Assembly (NCBI GenBank): GCA_051294375.1
Contig: CM119264.1
Span: forward strand, 9,668,968 to 9,732,967
Direction: 5' to 3'
Length of the DNA: 64,000 nt
Source of the DNA: Paraspadella gotoi
Taxonomy: Eukaryota > Animalia > Chaetognatha
Position numbers and translations under genes: made by a program. The notes beneath the pieces are model-generated. The model saw nothing but the letters and a program-made list of their open reading frames with translations. It did no database searches and was not told the origin of the DNA. Shown here one piece after another: positions 43,838 to 57,633 of this stretch (the stretch's first letter is position 1; every line of letters starts with the position of its first letter).

Positions 43838-44503
43838 TATGGCGAAGATTAGATGCGTGAATTTGCGAGAAGACGACGGATTTTCAATTCCTCGGAGGCG
43901 AAGAGGCATTCATCTCTCCGGACGCGACGCTTGTTGTTGTTGTTATCCTTCACATATTTAATACGGATAAACGTCAGTAATGCAGCCATTTCTGTTCTTT
44001 TGATTTTTTTTCTCGTTCAGTCAGTTTATTTTCTGTTTTCTCTTCATTTATTTTCGTTTGGATCTGATTTGAACTTTTTAAGAGGCTCGATCTTTCGTTT
44101 AATTTTTTTTTTTACTTGTCCTAACAAAAAAACTTGTCCGAACTGAAAACTGACTTCATCCAAAATAAAAATGCTTTACGGAAATTTCAAAGGTTTCACT
44201 GTAAAAGTCGTTCCCCTCTGTACATTAGATTGTAAAAAGGCCTTGGCAAGGAACGACACGGTTTCCGCTGAACCCAATACATCACTCTCACCGCTTCACC
44301 CACCTTCTCCCTCACTTTCCTTCTTCTTTTCATTCACAGTTTCTCGTCTCCGGATTAAACGGAATTTCTCTTCCTCACCGGAATTTTTGTTTATTCTCTT
44401 CTTTTCACAAAAATGTCATTTCCCTGATTTTCCTTACCTCATATTTCGCCTCGGGAAAATATTTTTTTTCTTCTTTGACAACAAATTTCGTTTTTTTTCC
44501 TCA

Positions 44504-44856
44504 TTTTTTAGTTGCGCCGCGACTACTCGCGGAGCAACTCTATAAGTCACATTTTGGTCGGTCTGTCCGTCTGTCGGTCGGTATGTCTGTCCGTCGGTCT
44601 GTCCCACTTACGTTAAAAATGCTCATAATTCGCCTAAACTTGGTTAAGACAGGAAAAATCCTAAAATCTAAGTGACTGCTAGCGCCGCCTTCAGGAAATC
44701 ATAAAACTATGAGGAATAAAAGACAGAATTTCGAATCATTGCATGTCATAAATACAAGGGCTAAGAAAGATTTTTAGTCATGTCATGTTATATCATATCA
44801 TGTGATCAAAGGGAAAATAAAGTCACTGTTGCACAACATATTGGAATCACCGTTTT
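44504..44856 (+). mobile_element. Short interspersed non-autonomous element with 5' hairpin and GTCG/GTCC/GTCT microsatellite (HINE/DINE-1-like by inference)
   Basis: ttttt-agttgc gccgcga ctac tcgcgg a gcaact hairpin, then ggtcggtctgtccgtctgtc tract and tttttagtcatgtcatg...gtgatcaa block; homologous copies at 42796-43170 and 14790-15026. Confidence 0.6.
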
Positions 44857-45230
44857 TTTGTTTTTTTTTTAAAGGTATTTCTAGTCCTTTCTTCCTTTTT
44901 TCATTCTTTCTTCTTTTTTTTCTTCTTTTTTTTCTTCTCTTCTTTCTTTCCTTCTTTCTTTTTTAATTTTTCTTTCATTTTTTTCTTTTTTATTCCTTTC
45001 TTTCTTTTCTTTTTTCTTATTTTTATGCTTTTTCTTTTTCTTTCATTTTATAATAAACTTTCAATAGGATTTTCAGGGCGAGAAACAGCGCCTCAAATCT
45101 CAAAACCACGGCGGCGTTATAAACCACTAGAGCCAATTATCCACTAATTCTAGGAATGACTTAATGATTGCATAATTGAGCACGATTGATATGTCCTGGT
45201 CGAAGATGAAGATGAAGATGAAGATCTTAG

Positions 45231-45289
<59 letters not shown>

Positions 45290-47117
45290 GTCGATCAAGG
45301 GCGACGACCGCGACAGGAAAGTTTCGCCGTAACCATCATCACTATTGTCGGAACCATATAATCGCCGACGTCAACCTGATCGACGCCCCCCTTCCTCCTC
45401 CTCCTCCTCCTCCCCTTCTTCTTCTTCCTCACCGTTCAGCGGCGTTCGCCCAAAAGGAACAAAGTCGGAATGTTTTGGACTTTTTTTATGGGTTCGTTGA
45501 AACGTTTCCAAACTGTGAAATTCCTTTTTAGCGAAGACGGAGAGGAAGGGCGCGCGGGAGAGTGGGCAGGCGGTCGTGGACGATGGGTTGTGGTGGTGGG
45601 TGAGGCGACGTCGATAGAGAAATTGGAGGCTGAAGGATCGTGCATGAATGAAAGATGAAGGGAACTGCAGGTCGACCGCGTGTTGGAGCGGAATGCTCAC
45701 GACGATGAAGAATGTTTTCACGCCGGTGGTCAAAAGCCATCTTGCCACGCTTTCTCCAGTGGCTGAGCGGACAAACGTACCAACCCAACATCAGATCGCT
45801 GGTTTTTAGAATTCTCGGTGTGAAGCGAAACGGCATTGGGATATATTGTGGCAACAGAAACACGCGAACCCTCACCCGAGTTCATCTCTCTCTATGTTTT
45901 TACCAAAGTTCCCATACCGCAGTTCACATGTAACTTACTAGATATGTCAACATCTTCACAATTAACCAATGAGAACGTGAGAGTATTTAATCCGTAATAT
46001 ACTGTGGGTGAACGAGTACTTAGTGGTCCAAGCCAATGGGACGTGCTGAGTGTCACCAGGCTATACGGGAGGCAAATTTAGGATTCGCCACAACATTAAA
46101 TTTTATTATATGTCTACGTATATATGTACAAAATAGCTGAAAATGACAGGAAAATAGAATAGAAACAACTTTATAAAAGATAAAACGTCCAGAGACAAAG
46201 GTTCAATGACTAGAAAGTGAGAAGAAATAGAAAATAAGGACTAGGTGAGCGAAGTCAGGAAATGAATGGGAAAGTGAATGGGGAAGTGAATGGGGAAGAG
46301 ATTGGCGAAGCGCCGCGGCAGCAAAAGGAGCGTTGAACCCTTGGATCGAGTCTGACGTCCCGAGAGAGAGAAACAATGACGCAATTCACAGTCGAGCGAA
46401 GAGCGAAATGTTGAAAATAAAGGAGCTTCGATTGAGAGAGGGGGAAGGGGGGGGAAGGGGGTTGGATGAGAGGCTTTGAAAATTGGGTATTGAGAATGAA
46501 GAAGACAAATGGGAAGAGGAACTGGGGTCGAAGAAGTGAAGGAATACGTAAATACATAAAGTCATAAACTCTCGCAGCACAACTTAAAGCTGCCTGACCG
46601 CTGACCTTCCTTAGACGAGTCTCAATGGCTGAGCACTGCTAGCATGCTCAGTGCTCACTGCTCAGCCTTTGAGACTTGTGAACAGGATAAATCATCTCGT
46701 TTCCATCATGCGTCCCGGGTTCAATCCCTAGCTAACCCTCTTCTGTCCAAAAAAAATGCGCCACTTAATAACTAAAAATTCCGCATTTTTTATGTTGGTA
46801 GTTTTAAAAATTATATAAACATATTAAAAAAAAAAAGTAACCAATGTGTTTAAATTTTATTATAATCGGTCACAGTATTTGATCATTTCATTTTACTCTC
46901 ATTTGAAATCAATTTTTTTTATATTCAGCTTTGCGGTAAAGTACTTCATATTAAAAAATCATTGCTTCTAAATGGATAGCCCAATTTTAATAAAATTTAT
47001 GGCAAACTTATCTTTTAATAAATTTTAAATTATTTTTAAGTTTAAAAAAAAAATTAAAAAAGATAGGGTGATTTTTAAAGTCTGAAATAAAGTTGAGCGT
47101 TTTTTTGCACAGGACTG

Positions 47118-47300
47118 TATGAAATTGGTACAACCAATATAAAAATTATCCATTCATTTAATAAATAAGCTATCTTGCCCCTGACTTTGGACAGGCTTTG
47201 GTGGTTTAAGGCCTCCATCACTCTTACAAGATAATGACATAGCAGGTCCCTGCAAGCTTTCAATCAGGACTCTCTCACAGTCTCGTTTATTCACTCCCAG
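47118..47300 (-). repeat. Interspersed repeat fragment, same family as 29215-29397
   Basis: Direct reverse-complement alignment by eye with scattered substitutions. Confidence 0.85.
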
Positions 47301-47730
47301 AGTACCTGGCTTCCCTATCAATGTGACAGAGACTGTTTAAACATGATACTGACAGGAGGGGTTCACCGCATCCACTTGGTGAGATACCCCGCGCCCCCGG
47401 TATCACAAGCAATCCTCCCGCTGCCATTACACTCATATTTATCGAATCTATGACGATTCGTTTAATTTATTACTATTTTAACCCAGATTCCTGTTAATTT
47501 AGTTTTTTCTGCCGGCTTTTATAACGAGCTCAGCGCTTTTTTGACACCAAATATCACAATGACACAAAGCGAAGACTTTTCAAAACTTACAGGAAATATT
47601 TCAAAAAGTAATTTCTCGTGAAATAAACACGATAGTTAGTACGTATTAACCCAAGTAATCTAGATTATAAAACTGAACGTTTGCTTCAAAGATCTAGTGC
47701 TACCGCCACATTCAGATCAAGGTCGCTAAC

Positions 47731-49088
47731 TCAAATGGTTTCCTCCAAATCTTCGAAACCCTGAAGTGTCGGCTTCAATTCCGCCAGCAGCTCGTCAATT
47801 TCCTTCGCCGTCTTTTCCTCCATCATTTCCTTCCATTCGCCGACGATTCCTCTTCGGAAAAACATGTTCATTGGATGAGAGTCCTTCGCTTCCTCAGCCG
47901 CGGCCCATTCCTTCATACGCGGCAAGGTTGTCTTCTCCTCGATCAACCTGCGGAGAGAAGGCAAATATTTAGTGAATATTATAATAATTTTTTATTTAGA
48001 TATTTCATTGTAATTGTTCATTTAACTTGCCTCAAAAAATCGTCGCTAACATCGATGTTCAAAAATTCAGCAATTTTTCGCAAATTATGCACGAAATCCA
48101 CTTTCATTTTTTCGTATTGAATCACGAAGACGTTGTCTTTTCCGACCAGGCTTTCGTAATAAGATCGATAGTGCTGGAACCTTAATTAATTTTGTGATGA
48201 AGTTTTTCTCAGTGATTTTTACAGGTATTTAGGTTTTTACAAATTATCTTAGATTTGCATTTATAAATTACCATGATCCGGAGATCAGATCTCCGTCTAG
48301 CCAACGCTTGTTGAAAGTAGAGAAATCACCTTGAAAAAGAATTTACTTTTCATAAAAAAAAGAAGCTAATTGTGACTGTGACTGTGTTCTCTCACCTGTA
48401 ATCCCGTTGTTGTGTCCTAGGTACATCTTCATAAATTGGTAAAACGATACGGCGGTATCTTTTGGATTTCTGAAAATTATTTTTAATCGAAAGTCAATTT
48501 CATTGATCTGTGACTTTTAATAACTCAGAATTATAAATTATTTTATTGTCTACTTTTGTTTGAGAATATTTGACTACTTTTTACGGCTCCCAAAAAGGTA
48601 AAACTAGTTTTAGATTCTTTTAAATAGAGATTCATAATAATAAAAAAAATGTNNNNNNNNNNNNNNNNNNNNNNNNNTTCTTCGCTACTGACCGATCAAA
48701 ACAAAGATTTTGATTTTCTTGTTCTCAATAATGTCTCGAGGCAGATGCCGGTATGGCATGTGAGTTGCAAAAATTCTTGGTTGCGGGGCAACTGTCGATC
48801 AATTCTGCGTCGCATGAAAATTCCATAAGACCGCCTTCCACCTAAGAGTTCGTGCTTTTATATAGCCTTAACTCGAAAAAGTAACAAACATAACCTACCC
48901 TGACAAGTTCCTCTGAATCCGCGTCATGAGCATTCCTAAATATCCATGCGCCCAATGATTTCAGATTAGGGTAAGAACAAAAATGACGTCTCCATCACGA
49001 ACTTAACCTGAATCGAGAAAAACGAAGACTTTAATTAAAATTCCGACAAAAAGGAAGATAATTAATTTTAAATGTAACTATTATATCA

Positions 49089-49162
<74 letters not shown>

Positions 49163-49640
49163 ACATTCTTTCTCTTCATTTTCATCTCATTTACAGCATA
49201 TATTCATTTTAATGAAGGTATACTTCAGTATAATTAAATATTTTAAGTACGATAAGCTTAAATATTAAGTTCTCTCTCTCTCTCCTCTCTCTCTCTCCTC
49301 TCTCTCTCTCCTCTCTCTCCTCTCTCTCTCTCTCTCTCTATCTTGTATTTGTCCACTGGTATAGTTCAATTCAGGTATAAGTTTACGTTTAGTCAATTCC
49401 GTTGGAGGTACAATAATTCAATTTTTGAATGTCAGTTATTATCTTTAAATTTTGTGGTACCTTCTCCCTAAAATATCGAATTTTCCTGAACCGACTCCAT
49501 GTAAATGGGTAACGAAACCATCGATGTAAACGCAGGTATGTCGACCGGATCTGATATATCTTCCAACTGAATATTGACTCCGTCTCGTTGCTCATGTTGG
49601 CAAAAAAAAATCTGGTTTCGTGACGGATTCACTTGCAGTA
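47731..49640 (-). CDS. Cytosolic PAPS-dependent sulfotransferase (SULT family); exons 47731-47947, 48031-48180, 48272-48329, 48396-48469, ~48693-48841, ~48899-49007, tentative first exon ~49461-49640
   Basis: Motifs in order: RDGDVIF.SYPxSG.HW (5'-PSB loop, readable only across apparent indels), PRIFATHMPY, RNPKDTAVSFY (3'-PB), GSWFQHY, NVFVIQYEKMK, FFRRGIVGEWKE (RKGxxGxWK-type). The four 3' exons are clean and in phase; exons past the 25-N gap at 48653 carry frameshifts that look like read errors. Confidence 0.88.
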
Positions 49641-50422
49641 CCATAAAGATACAATGTAGAATAAACTATTTTTTTTAAATTATTCGACTTTAATTCGTAC
49701 TTGATGAAGCTTTCAAACAGGTTTTTAATATTTAAAAACTGGTTTTTGAAAATTTTTTAAAATTTCAAAATTTTAAAAATCAGTTTGTGTCTTTCCTCCG
49801 CGCATTATTTTCCCAGAATGCCCCATTTTAATGTTAAAGATTTGGTTATTGAAAAAAGTTAGGGACTTGGTAGTTATAGCATTAAGGTTTACGGTTAGAG
49901 GATAGAGGTTAGGTTAGGTTATGGATTGGTTCATAAGTTTAAAAATATATGGCTTAGTTCTCCAACAATTAGGTTTTCAAAATGAATCGAGAGACTGTGA
50001 AATATGCTCAAGATGAGTTGTTCTTTTTTCTCTCTTTTCATATATTAGTTTTCGGCAGCTCCGAACTGAAGGGCGCTTTCGTAACAAGTCATAATTGGTA
50101 AACTTTTTTGTAAATAGTTTGGATGATTGCAATCTCAAAAGTGATTTTTTTCCCTCAAGAAAGGTATAAACACTGCAGTAGACCAATATATCATCTGACC
50201 TAAGAAATAAATTGATAACTAAATAACTTCCCTATCCTTTCAATTCACAGACAGAAGAGCAATGAGGGTCTTCTGCTGAGCTACAAGAATAAAACAAACA
50301 ACTTGGCCGTTCACCCAATTTCACCACCTGTATTTTTCGTTTCATGATGTTTCACGATAACAAATTCTGTCTCTACTGTAAAATACAGAAACTTTTCAAC
50401 GAAGTAGTCGCTTGTTTAGAAA

Positions 50423-51941
50423 ATGTCCGGAGCAGATAAAAGACGGCTCTCGTAAGTTATTGGTTTTTGGCGTATTATACTTTACTTTGGGCGTTGCTTA
50501 CATATTCAGGAAATAACGAAAATTCTTTATGCGCAACCAAAACATATTTCTATACGTAATGTCAAACTCAAATACAGAAATAAAGATTTAAACATGCTTT
50601 TCTGGCAACGAGAAGGTTTCCAAATTTACATGCTTTTGTGTAAAGTGACGTAATATCACTGCGAACTAATATAAAATATAATAAACATTATTAATTAAAG
50701 TTTTTTGCATTTACTAATTGCCAAAGATATACATACAATTGATTTTGTGGATCGCAGGGCCAAAGGGTGAATCTCTCTATCTACTTCTCGACATTCAAAA
50801 AGACGCCGCCCCGGACGAAGTCAAAAAAAGCCTACAGAAAAGTCAGTATTCTAAGTTATTCTAAACGTTGTCATAAACGAATCTTTATTCGTTTTATCCT
50901 AATTTGTTCTAATTGACAGTTGGCGTTAAAACATCATCCGGATTAAAAACCCCGACAACCCCGGCGCAGCGGAGAAGGTTAAAAGTCGTCGTCATTCTTT
51001 GTATTTTCTTTGTTATGATCTCGCAGACTTTTAAAGCTTTAAATTCAATTGATAAAATTGTTTTTCGGCTTTAAGCAAATTTGATAAACGTGAACAAATA
51101 AAATGATATTTTGTTTTTCATGTAGTTCAAAGAGATCAACCACGCTCATTCAGTATTAAGCGACGAAAAAAAAGCGTCGCATCTACGACGAATACGGAAG
51201 CTTTGGTCTCTACGTCGCCGAGCAATTCGGGGACGACAACGTGAACACTTACTTCAGATTGACTAGTCCGTGGTGCAAGTAAGGCCATTGAACCAATGAG
51301 AGACGTATGACCCATTCATCCTCGCTTTTCCTCTATCCGATATTCAATTTGTATCATTTCCCTTCAGGCCCTTCTGGTATTTTGCGGCTGCATCACAGGC
51401 TGCTATTTCTGCTGCTGCTGCTTCTGTTGCTGTTTCAACTTTTGCTGCGGCAAGTGCCAGCCGTCTACTCCATACGATGACCTCGATCCTCAGTGCGATC
51501 CCGATGAAGTACGTTCACAGTGTCGGTCTCTCTCACTCAACACCCCTCTTTGTCTCAACACCCCATTTTATAGCTTCATCTTTTTTTAATCACTCCTCTT
51601 GGCGTAGCAGGACAACGGTGAAGACGAGGTCGATCCCGGTGTGTGACGTCACAACCGAATCGTCGCCGTCTCGAGAGAAGGGGCCGGTTTTCGCGATGCC
51701 CCCTCCACCCACGCCAACGGTGTGGTGAGTGGGATGGGGGTGTGGGTGGGGTCGCTGCGTCGATGCGAAGTTTGGTGAAGAACTAAAATAGTTGCGCAGA
51801 AAGACGTCAGTGATGGATCAGTCACAAAAAAAGTGTCAAATGAAATGAAAATTGGTTGTTGTTGTCATTGTTTGGCTTGTTACTTTTTTTGTTTTGAAGT
51901 AAGCGCAGTTCCCATTGATATTTTCGTAATTATGTTATATA

Positions 51942-51976
<35 letters not shown>

Positions 51977-52249
51977 TATTATTATGTATATATATATTAG
52001 CTGAACAATATTTTTAAAAAATTATACTACTACTGTTTTTTGTTGTTTTTTTTTACAGCTGATCCATTCCCTTCGAAAGTAACGGAGAACACGACGTAAA
52101 ATTCCGATTCTAAAGAGGTCTACGGGGGACCCTCAATCAGACTGTCACTTCTCAGCCTTCGCCGTCGTCGTCGCCGACGAAGACGACGACGTCGTTAGCG
52201 GAGAACGACGACGACGACGACGACATCGTCTTCCGCTGCCGTAGAGTGA
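50423..52249 (+). pseudogene. DNAJC5: DNAJC5/cysteine string protein, duplicate copy A with multiple frameshifts (probably an uncorrected-read false duplicate)
   Basis: Same 7-exon structure as 57634-59469 but with single-base indels: extra A in the run at ~50823, CCG GAT TAA at the HPD motif (~50938-50946), extra A at ~51166, missing G at the exon 4 donor (~51279). Confidence 0.75.
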
Positions 52250-53963
52250 CCGTAGCATCCATCTGGAACTCTTGTCTAAAAAAAACTTTTTTTCCCGCTT
52301 TGGTATCTTATCTTTTTATGTTAAAAATTTTCAAAAAAGTAAAATTTTAATGTAACGGATCTTATGAATATTGATAAAAAAATTTATACTTCTAGTTTGT
52401 AATACGTGCTTGTACGTATTTTGATTTTTGTTCAGAGTTTGTTAAATTTATATTTAATCCTCATTTAAATTTTTTTTATTGTATTTTGACTTTCTTTTTG
52501 CTATTTAAAATAGTTTAGGATGAACGAAAAATTGTTGTATAGCAATTTTTTATTTTTATGAATTCATTGCTATGAAGACTCGTAACACTAAGAGTCGAAA
52601 CATGTACATTAATAAAAATAAAAAATGCTATTACAACGAATTAAACTTTAATCGCTTTTTATGCCATTAATTTTATTCAGTCTTTTTATATACCAAGAAA
52701 GGTTTGGAAAATTCAATTTAATAAAAATATTTTTAGAATAATTTATGATTCCGGTCATATAAAATCGTCCAAACCCCCAATCTTTCAAGAAGATAAATAT
52801 CCTCTAGAGAGAAGACAATTAAACACGAATCATATTTGATTTTTAAGTTTAGTTACTTGAATTTACTTGTATGAAAGAAAAAAAAATTTTAATTCACATT
52901 TACTGTACTAGGTTAAGATGATTTTGTAGTTTTATATATGGGTACCTTAGTTTTATCAAATTAAATTACTCTGCCTCGCAAGATTATTATATTTGACAAT
53001 TTTTCATACAAAAAATGAACTATTTAAATTTAAAATTCCCTTATATTGTGTTGTTAAAAAAGAAATTCTTGTGAAATGTTGTTACTATTATTGCTGCGTG
53101 GTTCGCGACGATTTCAGGGGATGGTTATTTTGGTGTGGATATTTCTTTAGCATAATATTTGTGAATTAGTTAATTTAAACATTGTAATATACACTTTTTG
53201 TTCGTGCTATTTTCGTTAATTTTATCAGAGAAAAGTTGTATAACTAATGACTGCTTTACAATTCATAAAACACGCTAATTTTTTTATAACTATTATTTTA
53301 TGTATTACTCATATTTATAAAAAATTCAAAGTAAAAGAAAACTTTAATAGTATTCGCTTTAAATTTTAAACAAAATAGATTAGATATGGAGCTTATATAC
53401 ATTTTGAAACTCAAATTTATCTTTACTTTTGCTACGTGATATTACATGCTTAGTTTTTTATTATTCAAGCTTCTGCATTGTTAAAATTAATAAGAGATAA
53501 ACAAGATATATCTTGTTATTGTAAATTTAAATAAGCACTCACAAAAAATAAACATTTATTTAAATTTTTCTTGCCTTGCTTCCCATAGGTTTTTAAGTCT
53601 TTCTGACGCTATCACTATATTTACTAATGTTTAAATCAAGAAACTTACTTCATTAGTTGTTTCTGTCATTTTGATAATATTTTTGAGAACTTATTATTCA
53701 AAGCACATTTACATGAACCTAATCGTGCAACAGTAATTTTAAGTTAATGTTAATGTTCTTGTGGATAATTTGTTTAAAATTCGTTGGAATCACAGTAAGT
53801 CATACTTAGAATTAGATTCAATACAATTATCAAGAAAAGTAGTATGTTGAAAAAGGGACAATTTAGAAATGAACTCGCTGACATAATATAAAAACTAAAA
53901 AACACAACTACTTTCAGTGAGGTGAGACAGAGAGGAGAGAGAGAGGAGAGAGAGAGAGAGAGA

Positions 53964-54002
<39 letters not shown>

Positions 54003-54447
54003 GATCTTAACGATTTTTTATTATTTATTATTAAAGGACGATGGAAATAGCATGGTATTTTATATCTTTTTTAATTAATCAAAATGGCAAAATTGTAACC
54101 GAAAATATTTTCCTATATTTTTACGTTGCTCAATTAGAACACTTTTCTTCTGTATGATTTTTAGTTTATTTGTACAATGTACATAAATGACGAGTTTCGA
54201 TAAGTATTTCTTTTTTTCAGATTTGTTGATTGATTGATTGCCAGTTTAATTAGGTAGCATAGAAATTGTTTAAAAAAAATTAGCTGGAAGTTACAGATAA
54301 CGATTTTTTTTAAATAAATTCTATTTACAAAGCGAAAATAAATAAACTTTTTCCAAAATCTAATGATTTGATAAAATGAAAAAAACACACATATGACGAA
54401 ATGTAACATTTTCTCTTCAGTATTTTCTAATGAATTGCATTGTTTCT

Positions 54448-56179
54448 TCAAAAGCCTATGCTGAGGACCCTAACAAGATGAGCAAGAGGCGAAACAAATG
54501 AGCATCAGTCGGTCGAGCATCCGGGCGACGAAACGCACTCGGCGATGTTGCGGGCGCCTTTAGCAGAATTCGACAATGTCGTATCTTCTCCTTCATTTAT
54601 CGTCGCTAAGGTCAGATGTTCGTTGCTCGTGGTGTTGACAATCGATGATTAATTTATTTATTTCAGTAGATATATCTATAGATCATTACATTGACTCTTT
54701 TAAAAATATTAATATATATATAATATTTATTATAATATTAGTATTACGTACGTAGTATAGAATTTTCAAAACTCACGCAGACGAAATGACGGAGAACCGA
54801 AGCAAACTTCCTGAGTAGGCGGGGGCCTGACGAGGAAGTGGAGGGTAGGCATCAGGATGAGAAAGTGTGCCAAAAGAGTGCCAGCGTCACGAACGCCATG
54901 TTGACCGCGTAATAGCCGACAATGGCCACCGCGCCACTTGTGGATTTAAAAAAGTAGTTAATTTTAAAAAAGCAATTCTAAGTAAATTATTGTTAAAATA
55001 ATAGTTGGTAAATAAAAAAAGTGAGTTTACCAGACGGGACGGTGACACAAGAATTGCGAACATCACGATCAACGAGAGAACAAGATGGCGCCAAAAGGTC
55101 GCTTTTTCCGGCATTCTGTAAAAACAGGAGGAAAAAATTTCCAATTTAGTAAAAATAAAGAATATGAAAAAAAAAAAAAAAAACCACTTTGATTCGTGAC
55201 GTCGTCTTACCCGCGGGAAGAATGAACAGGCGATAGTTAAAATGGCCGTAGCGACGCCGGGAAAATGAGAAGAACTTGAGAAGAGGAACAACTGATAAAA
55301 TGAAAAGAACTGAGAGGAGGACAACTGATAAATGAGAGAACTTGAGAGGAGGACAACTGATAAAATGAGAAGAACTTGAGAGGAGGACAACTGATAAATG
55401 AGAAGAACTTGAGAGGAGGACAACTGATAAAATGAGAAGACTTGAGAAGAGGACAACTGATAAAATGTCAGCTCGTAAATTTGTCGAAAGATTAGAATTA
55501 GTACTATGATTCTTGTCCCATTTCATTATTATAGAATTTTTTTCTTTCGTAATTAAAAACACAATTTTTACATATTATACGATGATAATTTTTTTATCTG
55601 TTATTGATTTGTTTGCACATTAATTTTAATAATCATTATCTTACAGAAATTGAGAAGAAAAATTGTCTAAAGCTCGATCGCAATTCAAACCTTGCGTCTA
55701 AATTCGAATGCTGTATAGGACGTGTCATCGGTTCGGGACAACTGCACTCGTAGTGAAGAGTGTTCAGTTTCGTTCTCGAAGTGAAAAAAAAAATATTTTA
55801 AAGCATTTTGTGTGTTTATTTATTATATTTTTTCCGAATATTGTTATTAAAATATTGTTTATTATTAGAGCGCTGATGGCGACTAGCATATTAGCCGAAA
55901 TAAACCAAATTCGTTGTTTTCAAATGCGTTTAATACCAATGCCTTTGTTTCCCATTCCGGATTTTCTTGGAATGCTGCATGTCGACTCTTGTCCATCAGA
56001 GATAATTTCATCTGCATAACAAAAAGTAAGTTCATTAAAAAATGATATCGACTATACTAAGTTACCGAGGGTAGTTTACTTCGTATCCGGAATACTCAAG
56101 CGGCCCATCTTCAAATGGCACCGGTGAGTATCTACGGGATAAAGTCTCAGAGAAGAGCTTCCACACGCCGCCTGGAATT
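54448..56179 (-). pseudogene. 5'-truncated, frameshifted duplicate of the nicotinic receptor subunit (copy A; Cys-loop exon to M4)
   Basis: Near-identical to 61692-63452 with many single-base indels; begins abruptly inside the Cys-loop exon at the duplication junction. Confidence 0.75.
55262..55467 (-). repeat. Same 34-bp minisatellite x6 in duplicate copy A
   Basis: Six gaggacaactgataaa(a)tg units with small indels. Confidence 0.9.
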
Positions 56180-56291
56180 CTCTCTCACAACATCCATCCA
56201 CGAACTTAACCTTGAAATCGAGAAACGAAGACTTAATTAAAATTCCGACAAAAAGGAAGATAATTAACTTTTAAATGTAACTATTATATCA

Positions 56292-56371
<80 letters not shown>

Positions 56372-56492
56372 ACATTCTTTCTCTTCATTTTCATCTCATT
56401 TACAGCATATATTCATTTTAATGAAGGTATACTTCAGTATAATTAAATATTTTAAGTACGATAAGCTTAAATATAAGTTCTCTCTCTCTCTC

Positions 56493-56550
<58 letters not shown>

Positions 56551-57633
56551 GTACTTTGTCCACTGGTATAGTTCAATTCAGGTATAAGTTTACGTTTAGT
56601 CAATTCCGTTGGAGGTACAATAATTCAATTTTTGAATGTCAGTTATATAATCTTTAAATTTTGTGGTACCTTCTCCCTAAAATATCGAATTTTCCTGAAC
56701 CGACTCCATGTAAATGGGTAACGAAAACCATCGATGTAAACGCAGGTATGTCGACCGGATCTGATATATCTTCCAACTGAATATTGACTCCGTCCTCGTT
56801 GCTCATGTTGGCAAAAAAAAATCTGGTTTCGTGACGGATTCACTTGCAGTACCATAAAGATACAATGTAGAATAAACTATTTTTTTTTAAATTATTCGAC
56901 TTTAATTCGTACTTGATGAAGCTTTCAAACAGGTTTTAATATTTTAAAAACTGGTTTTTGAAAATTTTTAAAATTTCAAAAATTTTAAAAATCAGTTTTG
57001 TGTCTTTCTCCGGCATTATTTTCCCAGAATGCCCCATTTTAATGTTAAAGATTTGGTTATTGAAAAAAGTTAGGGACTTGGTAGTTATAGCATTAAGGTT
57101 TACGGTTAGAGGATAGAGGTTAGGTTAGGTTATGGATTGGTTCATAAGTTTAAAAATATATGGCTTAGTTCTCCAACAATTAGGTTTTCAAAATGAATCG
57201 AGAGACTGTGAAATATGGCTCAAGATGAGTTGTTCTTTTTTCTCTCTTTTCTATATTTAGTTTTCGGCAGCTCCGAACTGAAGGGCGCTTTCGTAACAAG
57301 TCATAATTGGTAAACTTTTTTTGTAAATAGTTTGGATGATTGCAATCTCAAAGTGATTTTTTTCCCTCAAGAAAGGTATAAACACTGCAGTAGACCAATA
57401 TATCATCTGACCTAAGAAATAAATTGATAACTAATTAACTTCCCTATCCTTTCAATTCACAGACAGAAGAGCAATGAGGGTCTTCTGCTGAGTACAAGAA
57501 TAAACAAACAACTTGGCCGTTCACCCAATTTCACCACCTGTATTTTTCGTTTCATGATGTTTCACGATAACAAATTCTAGTCTCTACTGTAAAATACAGA
57601 AACTTTTCAACGAAGTAGTCGCTTGTTTAGAAA

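Noticed and set aside
49880-49930. TTAGG-like motifs as an interstitial telomere
   Set aside because: Only two or three perfect units; too short and degenerate.
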